A stretch of 63,236 bases of DNA, filler included. It is 12 parts of 12 records of this genome, joined end to end, with 100 filler letters (N's around TTAATTAATTAA, not from the genome) between each part and the next. Parts side by side here need not be neighbours in the genome. Positions count along the whole stretch, not along the records: positions 11,366 to 16,411 come from SRR7504441_10635; positions 16,512 to 19,518 come from SRR7504441_10661; positions 19,619 to 27,079 come from SRR7504441_10662; 9 more parts are not named here. One strand, given 5' to 3'. A program made the translations under genes and the position numbers. This document shows positions 11,366 through 23,893 of the stretch, one piece after another (position 1 is the stretch's first letter; the number at the start of each line of letters is the position of its first letter). The notes beneath the pieces were generated by a model that searched no databases, was not told the origin of the DNA, and worked only from the letters and a program-made list of their open reading frames with translations.

Positions 11366-14300
11366 CAGTCGACAGTTAGTAATGCACAGTCGACAATCAC
11401 CTAAAATCAGGTGGATCCTCGGCAGGTGCGCCAGCCTCGGTAGGGGGTGCCAGGGATGACTGCTCTGAGCTGCTGGCCAGGGATTTACTCGACGGCGCCC
11501 ATGGCTGCTCGCAGGCGCAGATGAGGTTCTGCTGGGTGAGCGATCGAACCAGCCCGCACATCTGTTTGGTGACGAGGAGCTGTATCTCAGAGCACGCAAT
11601 GTGCACCGCCATCCCATGCCCTGGCTGTTGGGAGCTGTCGACATCCACCTTCATGTCGAACGAAAAGAGCGTCGACTCGTGCTCCTCCAGCCATGCTTTG
11701 AGCCGAGTATTTTCAAACGTCACAGCAAGCAAGCTCGACATCCCGTCAGCTGGAGCTTCCAGGTCTGCTGGCCGGTTTGTCACCTGAAAAGAGAATGGGT
11801 CAGGGCAATGCGTGGCCATCTAGAGTGCAGTTTCACCTTCAGAGAGCCTGGCTCGAGCTCAAATCGCTCTGAAGAGGTGGCAGAAACCGGCACTATGATC
11901 TTTGGAGAGTCGATCACTATGTCAAACAATGTTGCAATCTGGGCAGCTGTCGGGCTGGGCGCATTAGGAAGACTAGCGCTGTTGCTGCTACCAGCAAGTG
12001 GCTGAAGCACACAGTCCATGAAGTATTCAATGACAGGCTCAAGGACACACCGCAGTCCGACTGCCTTGATGGCATGCATCCGGCCGGTAAACAATGAGTC
12101 ATGCCCGCTATCAGCCTCGTCTGCATTGAGTGTCTCGAAGTGTATGTCAAGCAAAGAAGACGCATCACTGTCGCACAGACCCAAAATGGTACCATAGAGT
12201 GTATCTGGAGTGGTCTCATCTGAGATTTCCACGTTGCCTAAGCTCGCATCAACAATCAGCTTCGAGCTGGGGCCAAACTGGAGTGCAACAGTGCCGTCGG
12301 TGAGCGCTCCTTGGAGCAGCTGAACTCCTCTGGTCTCCTCATTAAGAAAGACAGTGACCCCTTCAAGGCTGAAACGTAACTTTGTGACAGTGTCAGAGGC
12401 CGCCTTAGCTTGAGTTTCCCTGTGCAGAGTGATTGCATCATCCACCACCTTCTGCTTTAGTTGCGTCTTCTTCCGCTCTTTCTTCGGCAGCCTTAGCATC
12501 GACCGCTGAAGTTCATTCAGCAGTTTGTTCATGGCCTCGAGGTCTTTCGAGTCAAGCACAGCCCTTTCTTCATCAGTAAGCAACTTCTCTTTCGCAATCG
12601 CAATCGCGCTGGAGGCGGCCTCTTGTTCAGGAGTCAGTACTACCAGGGCACTGTCATGCACAAACGCTTGCATCACCTGAGCAATGGTCCGCCAGTTCCA
12701 ATTCAACTGCAACCTTTGAGTCAGCCCTAAAATGAGGCAGCAGCACCTCGATTTCCTTCAAGTCCAACCCAATCAACACATCTGGATCACTCATCGACTG
12801 CTCCACCCTTGCTCTCTGCTCTGCAGAAAGCTTACTAACATACTGCGCATCTGCCAGCGCTGTAGCAGCTGCAGCCCGTGAGTTGACGACAATCTCGGCA
12901 GTGAAAGCTTCTTTCTTGGAGCTGAGCAAAGCCTTGAATCGGTCTAAGTCCTGCCCTGGTTGGGCCAGTTGGCTGACCAAACAGTCAGTCGCTATGATGT
13001 GTCCGCCTCTGATGGCACAGCGCGTTGAGTACGGTTTGATGTCTGCATGGCACTCCAAGCTGTCGATATCGAGCCCTATTAGCGGTTCCCGATCCTGCCC
13101 ACTCAGTGCCAGTGTGAGCGGCCCAGACTCGAAGTGGATCTCGACTGAACTCCTGTCCGGAAGCACAAGCAACTGTTGGTCCTCTAGCTCCTCGTCGATA
13201 GCTGCGTAGTCGACATGAGCCTTGCTGAGCTCCAAGGGGCTCAGTGCAGCACTCGGGCTGACTAATTGTTCCTCTTGACTCGCTGTAATCGCCTGCCGGG
13301 CACACAGATTGTCAGTCGAACTAAAGCGAGGCGGGCAAAGCCTGGACAACAGCCAGGATGGCAGCAAAGTCGGTCGACGAGAGGTTCACATGCAGCCCCT
13401 CCGTGCACCGGGCCCTTATCCTCGCTTCCGGCAGGGTCAGGTGCTGCACCATGCACCGCTCCAGCTGGACCGAGAGGCCAGACGTTGCCAGTGGCTTGGA
13501 CAGGCCCGAGAGCCACGCTGCAGCGTTCTTTGCCACACACACTTGGAGACCCGTCAGCTCAAGCTTGTTTGCCTCATACGCGATGCCGTCTGAGGCTGCA
13601 TCCACCTCATCGATTCGAATCGTCTTGAGGTCCAAATGCCCGAGATCAAGAGTGAGCACTGGGGCATCCTCAGCGTTCTTGTCTGTCGACGAGGGCAGCA
13701 CAATGCATGGTGCGTGGCATGAGGCGGACAAATCGAGCTGAGACCGCTCCTTGCGCATCCAAGCCAGCTGTTCGACGGTATAGGCCCGGTACTCCGATAC
13801 TTTCTTGGCGAGAAACTGGGAAGAGAGCTCGAGCCCGAGTCTCTCGGTGCTGGTGAACACGTCAAACACCTGATCAAACCAACTCGGCACGTAAACAATC
13901 TGCAGCTTCTGGCTGGTACTCGCCACTAGCTTGGCACCGGCGCCCTCTTCAGTCGCAGACGAGTAGGCAAATTTCCAAGGGGAGCCCGACACGCCGGGCG
14001 AGCCGATGATGTGTGTGAATGCCGAGTCTGGAGTGATGCAGTCTTCGACGCTGATGTCCTGGCAGGTGAACTCCATCTCGAACTGGGCCCTCAGCTGCAG
14101 GCCCATCTCGATCGTGTAGCACTTGGCCATCGCGACCGCCCGCGAATGCTCGTCAAATATTTTCAACTCCAGCGCTGGGGTGCACAGCTCTGCCTGCCAC
14201 GCACAGGCTGAGCACGGGCAGTGCAGCACTTGCCTGGAGGAGGTACGCATTCTCGTCCGTGGCTGCGAGCACATCCCCGACCTGGAGCTTGATCTCGTTC

Positions 14301-16151
14301 TCGTCCGCCTCAGTCAGCTTGACTCCTTTAATCGCCACTTCGCTCTGGTAGAACCTGTGGCCTGGCCTCATCCGCCGCCCGAGCCTCATCGCACCGCAGG
14401 TTGTCGTTGGCTGCGTGCCACTCGACCCAATACTTCTTCTTCTCCCCGAACAGCCGGACCAGCTCGGCCGCCTCGTAGGCCATCAGCTCATCCACGGAGA
14501 GCTCGGCCCGCAGCCGGGTGAACTCGTGCTGCTCGTGCTTGCTCCACTCCTGCGACCGGTGAGCGTTGCTGCTGCTGCTGGTGCCTGCTTCTGCCAAGGA
14601 AGCAGCTCTGGGTCTTGCTGGTGCATGTGCCCTCGGAACAGCTGCTGGTAAACCTGCCCGGCCGCTAGCTCGGTCACAGCGGCCGAGCCACCTCACGAGT
14701 GTGCTTCCGCCTGGCCATCGCAGCTGCGTCCAGAGGTGCCGAACGCGCTCTGATGTGCCCCGTCACAGTGGCAAGCGCGTGCCGCCACAGACGGCTGGGG
14801 CTCCGGCCCTTGCTGAGCAGCTCGACGGCCTGCGGGTTGGTCCTGTACTTGTCCCAACGGGCAAAGTATTCGTGGTACTCTAGCATGCACAGCATCGCCC
14901 AGATCTGCTGAGATTGCAGCCTCAGCTCGAGCCGGGAAGTGTTCAAGCTCAGCTGGTGCTTGGGCTCGCCCGTCTCGGCCGCCTGCCGCGCACTTAATGC
15001 CGGCCGGGCGGGGGTTGGAACCTGCCGGCGCTGCCGCCAGATGAGTTGGAAGCCAGCCGGAGCCACGATGTAGTCGTGATACGGGAGTTGGTCGTCTGGG
15101 ACTATGCTATCGGCCATCGCCCGCTGGAACTGGTCAACCGACGGCCGGCTGGCCGACCACTCGGCCGCCGGGTTGGCCATGGCGTTGCAGTAGACCCCTA
15201 GCCCGTCCAGGTGCAGCTTCTTGAGCACCGTGTCGCTCTCTTTGCTGAAGAGCTTGGCCCCGTGCTCGTCGCACGTGAAGGCCGACAGCTCCTGCCCACC
15301 AGTCAGTCGGGCCCGGCCTGCGGCCCGCCTTGATGTGCGCCCCGATCGAGAACATGCTCGCGGGGCCCCCATCCAGCCGGAGCAGAGAGCAATCTGCGCC
15401 CCTCTAACTCCCGTGCCCCTCCCAGGGCCGCGCCTTCGAACCGGAGGTGGATCCGCCGGACGGTTATCTCCAGGTTGTCCACCACCTGCCGCCGCTCGGC
15501 CGCCCGCCGCACCGCCGGCCACCCTTGTGATGAGCCTCTCGGCCCAGCCTGCGCCGCCTTCCTCCTCTGTGGCTGGCTCCAGCGAAGCAAGCTGCGGACA
15601 GAGTGAGCGGCCGAGCTGATTCGCCGGCACCTTGAGCTTGAGCCTGTCCGTGGCGTGCTCCAGCTGCCACAGCTTGCTCTTTAGCGCCCGCTCGGCCTGC
15701 CAACGGTCGGGGCCGCGGGCCGGGCCCGGTCGCCTGGCCGGAGTTGGACCACTCTTCCTTGCGGCAGAGCAGGAACAGGTCCTCCACCTCCACTTGGACC
15801 GCTTGGCTTTTCAGGTGCCGCCACGGGATCTGGCCAGGCTCGCACCACCCGCCGGCCAGCCGCACCGTCAGCCGCATGTACCCCAGTCGGCCCTGGGTCA
15901 CCCCCACAGGCAGCCCTGCGCACGGTGGGCGCACAGCCCGGCCGGCCCGTACCAAATTTGGCGAAGGCCGTGCTCTTGGCCGTGAGGTCCCTCAGCTCGA
16001 GCGAACCGCTCAGCAGCGAGGTCTCCAGCTGGGAGCTGTCGATCCCCTCGAAGCTGCCCAGCTGGCTCAGTCGGCCACAAGATCGGCCGGCGGACTAGTC
16101 CCCGAGGAACTCGTTCAGCTTGCGCACGATCAGCGACTGGATCCCCCCCAT
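11366..16151 (-). CDS. VPS13: VPS13-family bridge lipid-transfer protein, N-terminal part (multi-exon, 3'-partial)
   Basis: Spliced chorein-N domain MGGIQSLIVRKLNEFLGDYFEGIDSSQLETSLLSGSLELRDL...GLPVGVTQGRLGYMRLTIPWRHLKSQAVQVEVEDLFLL, followed by LEITVRRIHLRFE, LWRHAL, APCIVLP..LTLDLGHL and SPKIIVP repeats. Confidence 0.93.
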
Positions 16152-16230
16152 CTGGCCGCCCGCCCTGTATAACGCCGCTGGCGCCGCCCTGACGACGCGG
16201 AACAGCCCAAGGCGCCAAAGGTCTCAGCTA

Positions 16231-16236
16231 CAACGG
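16231..16236 (+). promoter_or_regulatory. YAACGG (Myb-type) motif
   Basis: CAACGG ~80 bp upstream of the VPS13 ATG (16151). Confidence 0.5.
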
Positions 16237-16511
16237 AAGAATTCGAGCAGCTAAGGCAGCCAAGCGTGCCCTTTTAATTAACGCCGCGGCGTGTATACAA
16301 TGTATACATGAGAATTACGACGTCGAATACGCAGTGCTCACCATAAGCTCAAGAACCCGAGCAGCGCCACTATGCTTAATCCCCGATTTAATAATATAAT
16401 GCCTCTACGCANNNNNNNNNNNNNNNNNNNNNNNNNNNNNNNNNNNNNNNNNNNNTTAATTAATTAANNNNNNNNNNNNNNNNNNNNNNNNNNNNNNNNN
16501 NNNNNNNNNNN

Positions 16512-16860
16512 CTCGCCGGCCAGCGCCAGCAACGCGATAGTTTTGGCGGCTGCACCAGCGTGCTTGCCGGATCAGCACGTCGGATTTAAGTTACTCCCGG
16601 GGATGATAGATGCTGAGCTCAACACTGTCACACTCGAGAGCAGCTGCCGGGCAGGGAATTTTGTGGTGTACAACAGCGGCAAGCTGAGCCTGGCACAGCG
16701 AGGGTTCTCGTCCGAATTCAAACAGTCTGCCACTTTCTTTATTGAGCCGCCACTGCATGTGCTGCAGCTTCATGAGAACACCGGGCCCGAGCCGGAGTGC
16801 GAAGGAGAGATTTCTGGCCAACAAGAGGTCTCATGCTATGTTACGACTCTTGAAATTTGA
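16512..16860 (+). CDS. 3' end of a protein with an AbfB/CBM42-like arabinose-binding module (5'-partial)
   Basis: FKLLPGM...TVTLESSCRAGNFVVYNSGKLSL...SSEFKQSATFF matches the AbfB repeat pattern F..vpGL....vSfeS...pg.yl.....l.l.......f...ATF. Confidence 0.65.
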
Positions 16861-17088
16861 TTATCGAAACTGATGCTAGCACGTGGCACTTGGATTGCAC
16901 GAGTACACTAACATTAGTACACGATACTACACGATACTGATCAATTCATGGGCATGCACGCTTTGAGCATGGCATCGTTCGATCTCAACAACGTGCCGAT
17001 CGTGATAATAAGCCGGCGAGTAATACAATGTCATTCAATCAATAAAGTGATAAAAATGTACCGCGCAATCTAGAGCCAGATTAGAACT

Positions 17089-19451
17089 TCACTGCTGCCC
17101 TATCCGCTCCAACCGCTTCCGCTCGAGCTCCCGCGCGTGCTTCCACATCTCCGGGCTCAACTCGGTGCTCCCAAAGCTCATCGTCACCAGCCTGCGCCCC
17201 GGCACTCAGCCTGGAGCGAGCAGCCTGGTCACCGGGCCAGCTGGAGCCAGTTGCTAAAGTGTTCCGGCGTGATGCTGCTGTCCTGCTGCCGAGCCGCCAC
17301 AAACTCCTGCTCAAGCGCCTGCCCGGTCCGTCGCCCGGGCCCGGCCCAGCGCCGTGCCTTGGAGACCAGGTCAGGCACCGAGTAGTCGATCTGTTTACAC
17401 TGGGCTAGGTAAGCTCGAATCGCATCGGCTTGCTGCAAGTCGAGCACAGGAGCAGCCGTTGCAGGCGCCAGCCACTTGGACTCGACTGGTACCCACGCGT
17501 CCACCTGCCCGCAGTGAGCCCCTTCACAACGGACACAGCGCACCGGGAGGAGGGACTTGGCGGTTGAGACTACAAGCGCAGGTAGATCCACATTAAACTC
17601 GGTCGAGTAGTACTGAAAATCATATTCTACCTGCATTGACGCTCAGCGGAGCCTAGACAGCGGCTCGCCTGCTGCTGAAGGAGCAACAGCCCGAGCGCCT
17701 TGATGTTGAGGCAGCCAGTGTTGTCCAGCTGGCCGGCTTCGAGCACACTCTCATCGAGCATCAGCTGTGTGCCAGGGCTCAGCTGGAGCACACCAGACCT
17801 GCGCCCAGTGAGCCGGCCAGACCTGCGGCCAAACACCGGAGCCGGTTGGTCTTGTAGTCCTTGGACGGCGTGAACGGAGCCCGGCACAGGTTTTGGATCG
17901 AGAGCGGCACCTGCGCGGCCGGTGAGCGCGCACTGCAAGGGATAGCAACCTGAACTAGTCGGGGCAGCAGCAGCTCGAGCAATTGGCCAAGTGGCCCCCA
18001 GGCCATTTGCTTGGCAGTCAGCGCCACACTCAGCTTGCCCAGCACGAATCCCGGGGTCCGTGCGTGCACCGACGAGAGCAAATGCAGGAGCACGAACTCG
18101 GCCGCTAGCATGTCGCCTCCGACCGTCTGACTGATCGTGTTGAGCAATCCAGATCTGATCTCGCCAAACTGGATCGCTGGCAGCCCTGCCGGCAGCCCGC
18201 TGAGCAGAGGGCTGCTCGTGCAGAGCTTCTCCAGGTAGACGCAGTGCAGCCGCGGGACCAGCGAGCAGGGTGGGGCGCCCAGAGCTTCATCCTCGTGCAT
18301 CTCATCGTTCCTGCGCCGCCGTGTTAGCGCCGCGCACCCGCGAGGGCACTCTTGGTCGGCGAACGCTGCGTGGCTCGGCTCGAAGGAGAGGATCCCGAAA
18401 AATTCGGCCACGTCGCAGATCTTGAGCGGCGACTCGTCCGTGTACACCTGAGACAGATCTCAAGCACGTGCGTCGTGCGCACGCAGACCTTCACCACACA
18501 GGCACAGCCCGGCTGATCTGGGACTGGAAAGTGCAGCTCAGCTCGGCTAGCGCCCGCCGGCGAGAGCTGCGGGCCGGTTGATTTGCTCCGCTTGCTCAGC
18601 TCTTCTGTGGCCGGCTCTGGGGCCTCGTCAGCTTCCATTGGCGAGCCGGCAGGCAGATCCTGCTGCTCGGGCACAGAGTGCTCAGCCGGCCGCTTTGTGC
18701 GCGGGCTCTGGCTCGGCTGCGGGCTCGGTGCGAGCGTCTGGTAGCTCCGCTGGCCAGGGGTCAGCATGGGCGCGGGCGAGCAAATGCCTGCAAGAGCCAC
18801 GGAGTCTCCCCGGGCACGGGCACGCAGTAGCTGTTCACCCGTGAGCGGCGGCCGGCCAGCCGGCGCACTATTGGTGCCGTTCCATCATGACCACCGAGTT
18901 GGGATCCACCCGGGCCTCGTCCAGACCCTGCGCCCCGCGGCTCCCATCCCGCCCCGCCCCGCCCCGCACCGCTCCATCAATCGAGTCCCGGTACTTGCCA
19001 CACCGCCAGATCTTGCCGCACACCGGTCAGTTGGCACAGCCACGGGCGCACCGCCCCGCTGTGCTGGAGCTCCTGGAAAGCCCCGGCGAACAGCTCCGGG
19101 TTCCACATATCCTGACGACACCTCAGCCGCCCCCGACCCCCCGGCCCGTGCCTGGAGCATCCCCCGGTACCGGACAAGCTGCCCGGCCCGGATGCTCTGC
19201 GGAGAAATCACGTTGAGAAGTGGCACCTGCCCGCGCTGCTCGGCCGGCCGGCGCCCAAGCCCCGGGGCCTGCTCCGCGAAGCCAGGCCGGGAAAGCGCCT
19301 CCCGGATGGCGGCCAGCGCGGCGGCCTCGGGCTGCTGGCGCGGGTCGAATCCGGGCTGCGTGGCCGCCGCCGCAAAGCTCTGGTCCAGGAGCGCCAGTGG
19401 TTGGAAGGCCACCGATTGCTCCCCACCAGATTCAAGTCCGACCACTACCAT
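17089..19451 (-). CDS. MCMBP: Mini-chromosome maintenance complex-binding protein (MCM-BP/ETG1), multi-exon
   Basis: Motifs VPLLN, GQLVRYRGMLQ/DMWNPELF, LKICDVAEFFGILS, PPCSLVPRLHC, GGDMLAAEFVLLHLLSSVHAR, KDYKTNRL.SGVLQL, DESVLEAGQLDNTG and VEYDFQYY; stop TGA at 17089-17091. Confidence 0.93.
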
Positions 19452-19460
19452 CTAGGGCTT

Positions 19461-19466
19461 CCGTTA
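19461..19466 (-). promoter_or_regulatory. YAACGG (Myb-type) motif
   Basis: TAACGG on the minus strand, ~10 bp upstream of the MCMBP ATG (19451). Confidence 0.5.
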
Positions 19467-19793
19467 CTCGGAGCTGACTGAGGGCAGTGGATGTTGGCCA
19501 GACGGGCCGCTGCGTGCCNNNNNNNNNNNNNNNNNNNNNNNNNNNNNNNNNNNNNNNNNNNNTTAATTAATTAANNNNNNNNNNNNNNNNNNNNNNNNNN
19601 NNNNNNNNNNNNNNNNNNTGACTGGAGCCACAAAAATGTACCAGGCTTGGAAATACTTCAGTAGAATACCAATACTAGTAATAGTACGTATTAATACTAG
19701 TAGTTATGATAAAACACTAGTATTATTCCCACTTTGACCGCAAAGCTCCGCGAGCTCTGTGGCACGGCAGCTACCTCGCAGCTACCCCCACCC

Positions 19794-21038
19794 CTAGGGC
19801 CTATGCCGGTTGCCTACCGGTTGCCATGCCGCGAGCGCTCGCCCCACCTCGTCGACTTGGGTGGTCACCGGTGTGTGCGCTGCATCGACGCCGTAGCTCG
19901 GGCAAAGGCCGCCACCCTCCGACATCTCGTTCCACGAGTACATGAAGACCGTCTGGGCCTCACAGAGGCCCGTCGAGCGTGCGGTGACGTGCTGAAACAC
20001 GCGCCGAATCCGGTCCGCGATGTCGCCCGGTAAGGGAAGCTCGTAGGCCCACGTCTCGTTGGCTTGCTGAAAGCGTGGCCATTGATACAGCTGATTGGGC
20101 ATCGGAGGAATGTAAGCCAGGGAGGCGTTGTTCGCGTCGAAGCGATTTACGTACGTGTCGAGAAGGGTCTGTGTTGCAGCCTTGTAACTAGGGCCGTGGC
20201 CCCGAGTGCACATGGCGCCGCCATATCCGCCTTGATAGTCTGAAATGGCATCAAATCCAGCCGCCTTGTACTTTTGTGCCAAATCGAAGCAGGTGTTGGT
20301 CTGCTCAGCGACAATGTAAGGGTTTCTCATCCCAGCCGCGATCGTCTTGTTGCGCAAATACGCCACAAACTCGCTCAGGGTCATGCGCTCGGCTGGGGAG
20401 CTTTGGTTGCCGAGAGTGCTCTCAAAGTTGGTTGGGTAGAGAACAGGGAGGAGCGGCCGGCTACCAAGCACGGTCTGCCAATGCGGCAATTTCATATAAG
20501 CGAGCACCTCCTCGAGCATCACGTCGACCTTGCTTTTGGAGTAGTCGAGAGCAGTGAAGCCAAACAACGCCGTCACGAAATTTGGCTTGTTAGGGCCCAC
20601 GTGCGCAAGATAGGCGTCGAGATTGTTGTGAAGGTTCCACGCTCCGGTCCCGAGGCTGATGTTTCCGGGCACGAGCGAGCGTGCGGGCGTGTTGAAGATC
20701 CAAAAGTCCAACCCGGCGTGGATAGCGTAGGAGATCTCCTGATCCATGGCCCGCTGCAGCACCGAGTAGTTGAACGGGTAGTTGAAGATCAGCGGCCCCG
20801 ACGCATTGTTCCCCTGTGCAGAGCAGAAGAAGGGGGCCCGGTGGTGCCACTCCGGTGGTGCCAGAAACCCCTGACCTCCGGATATGAAGCCTAATTCCTG
20901 CTGGCCGGTCCACAGCGCGTCGCCGCTGTACATGTCCCATCGCTGAGCACCGAGCAGTGGCCGCGGCCATGCGCACTCGAAGAGCGACAGCAGCAGCCCA
21001 CAGATGATCGGCCACCTCCGAACGACTCCTGCGCGCAT
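19794..21038 (-). CDS. Secreted GH99/GH71-like (WNExxEG) glycoside hydrolase, intronless
   Basis: Signal peptide; RWD..., MDQEISYAIHAGLDFWIF, GSRPLL, GFDAISDY and YSWNEMSEGGGLCP, typical of bacterial GH99-like TIM-barrel proteins. Confidence 0.75.
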   Translation of the reverse strand: MRAGVVRRWPIICGLLLSLFECAWPRPLLGAQRWDMYSGDALWTGQQELGFISGGQGFLAPPEWHHRAPFFCSAQGNNASGPLIFNYPFNYSVLQRAMDQEISYAIHAGLDFWIFNTPARSLVPGNISLGTGAWNLHNNLDAYLAHVGPNKPNFVTALFGFTALDYSKSKVDVMLEEVLAYMKLPHWQTVLGSRPLLPVLYPTNFESTLGNQSSPAERMTLSEFVAYLRNKTIAAGMRNPYIVAEQTNTCFDLAQKYKAAGFDAISDYQGGYGGAMCTRGHGPSYKAATQTLLDTYVNRFDANNASLAYIPPMPNQLYQWPRFQQANETWAYELPLPGDIADRIRRVFQHVTARSTGLCEAQTVFMYSWNEMSEGGGLCPSYGVDAAHTPVTTQVDEVGRALAAWQPVGNRHRP

Positions 21039-21077
21039 GCTGCCCTGTAGTGGCCGACCGGTGGCCCGAGATCAAAG

Positions 21078-21083
21078 CCGTTG
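21078..21083 (-). promoter_or_regulatory. YAACGG motif in a 71-bp bidirectional promoter
   Basis: CCGTTG between divergent ATGs at 21038 and 21110. Confidence 0.5.
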
Positions 21084-21109
21084 GAGCCTGCAGCCGACAA
21101 GCTGCGCAG

Positions 21110-23644
21110 ATGGAGCGCAAGGACAGCATGCGCGCCGTCAGTACACCACACAGCTCCGGCAGTGAAGCTTCGGGCGATGAGACCGAGGCGGGCTGCCCGG
21201 GTGAGGGTCTGCCTTCTTCTCCGTCCAAAGCGGAGCTCAAGCAGCAGAAGAAGGCGGCCAAGGCGGAGAAGAAGGCGGCCAAGGCCCGGGCGGTCGAGGC
21301 GCACCGCGCCCACCTTCGGTCCACGCTCAGCTTCGCGGAGGCGGCCAGACCCATCCGGGTTGTGGTGCTGAGCCCGAGCGGGTGCCCATCGGATGCTGAG
21401 ATGCCGGTGTCGGAGTTTCGAGTCGGCGGGGTGCCAGTGCGGGTGTCGGTCCGGTGGGTGGAGAGCTTTGACGACTTGGAAAAACCATGGCTAGTAGACC
21501 CCGAGAAAACGACCTATGACTCGATTCCGCCGCCGTGGCCGCTCCTGCTGCTGCCGTTTGAGCTGGGGGTGGTTGATGACTGGAGCGACTCGTCGTCACA
21601 AGTGGAACAGATGGGTGGCATAGGCGCAATCGGGGGGCTGGATTGGCTGCAACGGTTGTCCCAGGCCCAGCTGAGCAGCACTTTAGGTAGCCCGCGGCCT
21701 CGACCAATGGAGCTTGTCGGGTATGGCGGCAGCGCTCAGTCGGCAGAACAGTGCCGAACAAGCGAGCTGGGCCGGAGAGCGCTGCAATGCGGGATCCCCT
21801 TGATGACTTGCCCGGGGACTGGGCTGAAAGAGGCGTTGGAGCTCGCAATAGAGCGAGCGGCTAGGCTTGCAGTATCTGTGTTCTTGCATAACTTACTGCA
21901 TGTGCCTCCCCAATCATATTCCAACACTGTGTACATGACAGCCACCGAGATGATCCTCAGGCTGCTGCCGCCCTTCCGCACAGACTGCGTTTGGGATGCG
22001 GAGACTGCCCCTGCAGTGCCGGAATGGGCAAAGGAGTGGATGGATGTGTACTTGTGGTTGGAGATTCACGCCCTTCGTAAGAGCTTGCAGAAGGAAGACG
22101 TCGGCATCGATAAGTTCTTGCAGAACGAAGACTACGCCGGTGGTCTGCAAGACCAGTTATACGCGTATCGGAGTCTCGGCAAGCCACGATCGGAGTGGCT
22201 TGAGATGTCAGCAGCCGCCTATTTGCAATGGACCCCCTGGTACGACCTGTCCAGATCTGAGATGCAACAGATCCCACGAAGCAAGTGGACTCACAAAGTG
22301 ATCGCTCTAGGGCTGCCTGGGTACGCCATGCCGGGGCTGAGCTCATGGCTGGACAGGAGCGGCAAAACCACTGTGTTGCGCTGCCTTTCGCAAGACCGCA
22401 CCAACATGAAAGTCCTGGAGGAGACAGACTCTGAGCTCAAGTCATTCAAGGTGGCGAGCAGGCATGTGTGCACCCAGACCACGCATCGCATCAAGGTGCG
22501 GACCTCGTTCAGCACCAGTTAACGCTCACTGACAGGAATCGAACGATGCGAGCTCAATCAAAGCTGCGGACGTGATTTGGTTCTTTGTGGGTATGGATCA
22601 GCTGATGGATCCGGCCATGCACACAGACATTGCTCTGGAGTTCAAGCGGGTCTCCTGCGCTGGCTTCCTCGGGCGAGCGCCTTGCAGGTACGCCGGTTGA
22701 ATCACAAGTCGCCTTTGTGCCTGCTACTCACCAAGGCAACTAGCTCTATTTGCTGCTGTTACTTAACCTGAGCACTGCAGGCCGATTTGATGGCCGGTCC
22801 TGACCATATGGCTGGGAAATCACTCGAGTATGAGGAGAAGGTTTTATATTGGCGGCTCACGCTTCTGAACGTGCTCGAGCTCACTGTGGACCGCCTGCCC
22901 TTTGATGTTCACAAGTTCAACCGGTTAGTTGCCAAAAAACCATGGCTAGCGGACCCCAACAACTCACTAAGGGCGGCTGCCCTGATGGAGCTGCACCACA
23001 AGTGTCTCTACACGCCCAATTGGGTCATATGCCCAGTCAGCTGCAATCCCCAAGGCTATGATGACAAGTACAATGTTCAGAATATGAGGTGCTGCAGCTT
23101 AGCTGCAGGTTTCATCACTTAAGGCCTCAGGTACAAATTTCTAGAATGGTCAAACGTCATCCGGTGGGATGCCGAATCGTCTAACGGCCAACTGAGATTG
23201 CAAACAATTGAGCGGCGGAAAGCCTCATGGCAGATACAACGCTTGGTAAGAGTGCGCTACGCCCCTGCTTGATTGAATGTGGCAGGTCTATTTGGCTTCA
23301 GCGCCAGGGGCACTGCTGGAATTTGTGCCGACCGGACTTCTCCGTGTGATTGCAAAGTATGCTGTTCAAGGATATATACACGGGTCCGATCAGCCCTGTA
23401 AATGTATTCCGTGTTGACTGGTGCTGCCGACAGATACGAAGGCGATTTTCATGATTTTTCCAAGGCCACGGATCCGGTACGTTTTGAGCGGAACTACAAG
23501 CCAAGCAACAAGATTGAATTGTCTGATGCTCAACGTAAACTGTTGAAGGGGGGCGTGAACAAGGCCCGAACTACAGTGAGCTGGGTGTCGAAGCTGATCA
23601 AAGATGGAGCTGATCAAGTACTTGATCAGATCTTAGAACAATAG
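21110..23644 (+). CDS. Tandem small-GTPase-like protein: degenerate Rho/Ras-like domain plus Arf-like P-loop domain, multi-exon
   Basis: Removing the 36-nt intron 22321-22356 creates G1 GLPGSGKTT. Removing the GC-AG intron 22736-22780 creates G4 PLCLLLTKAD. WVICPVSC is G5-like. The N-terminal domain has a Rho-like strand pattern without a P-loop. Ends with TAG at 23642-23644. Confidence 0.65.
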
Positions 23645-23893
23645 CTACAATTACACTATATGCCAACGGTTACAATGACATAATTATAAATCAATACCTG
23701 CAATGTGGATCAATGGCACATGATTGTGGTACACGTAATGTCATGGTCTAGATTCATTCAAAATAATTATTGTATGTACACCACAAACTTTACTTGCGCG
23801 GTTTATGAATTCTATGACGGGTCACTTGTTACATCACGTGTAGTACGTATACGTCAAGCATTATTACCGTCCATCTAGATACGTTTTGCGTAA

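Noticed and set aside
22290-23644. G-alpha / extra-large G protein interpretation of the P-loop gene
   Set aside because: After splicing there is no helical insertion after G1 and no DVGGQ; G1-G4-G5 spacing fits an Arf-like small GTPase better.
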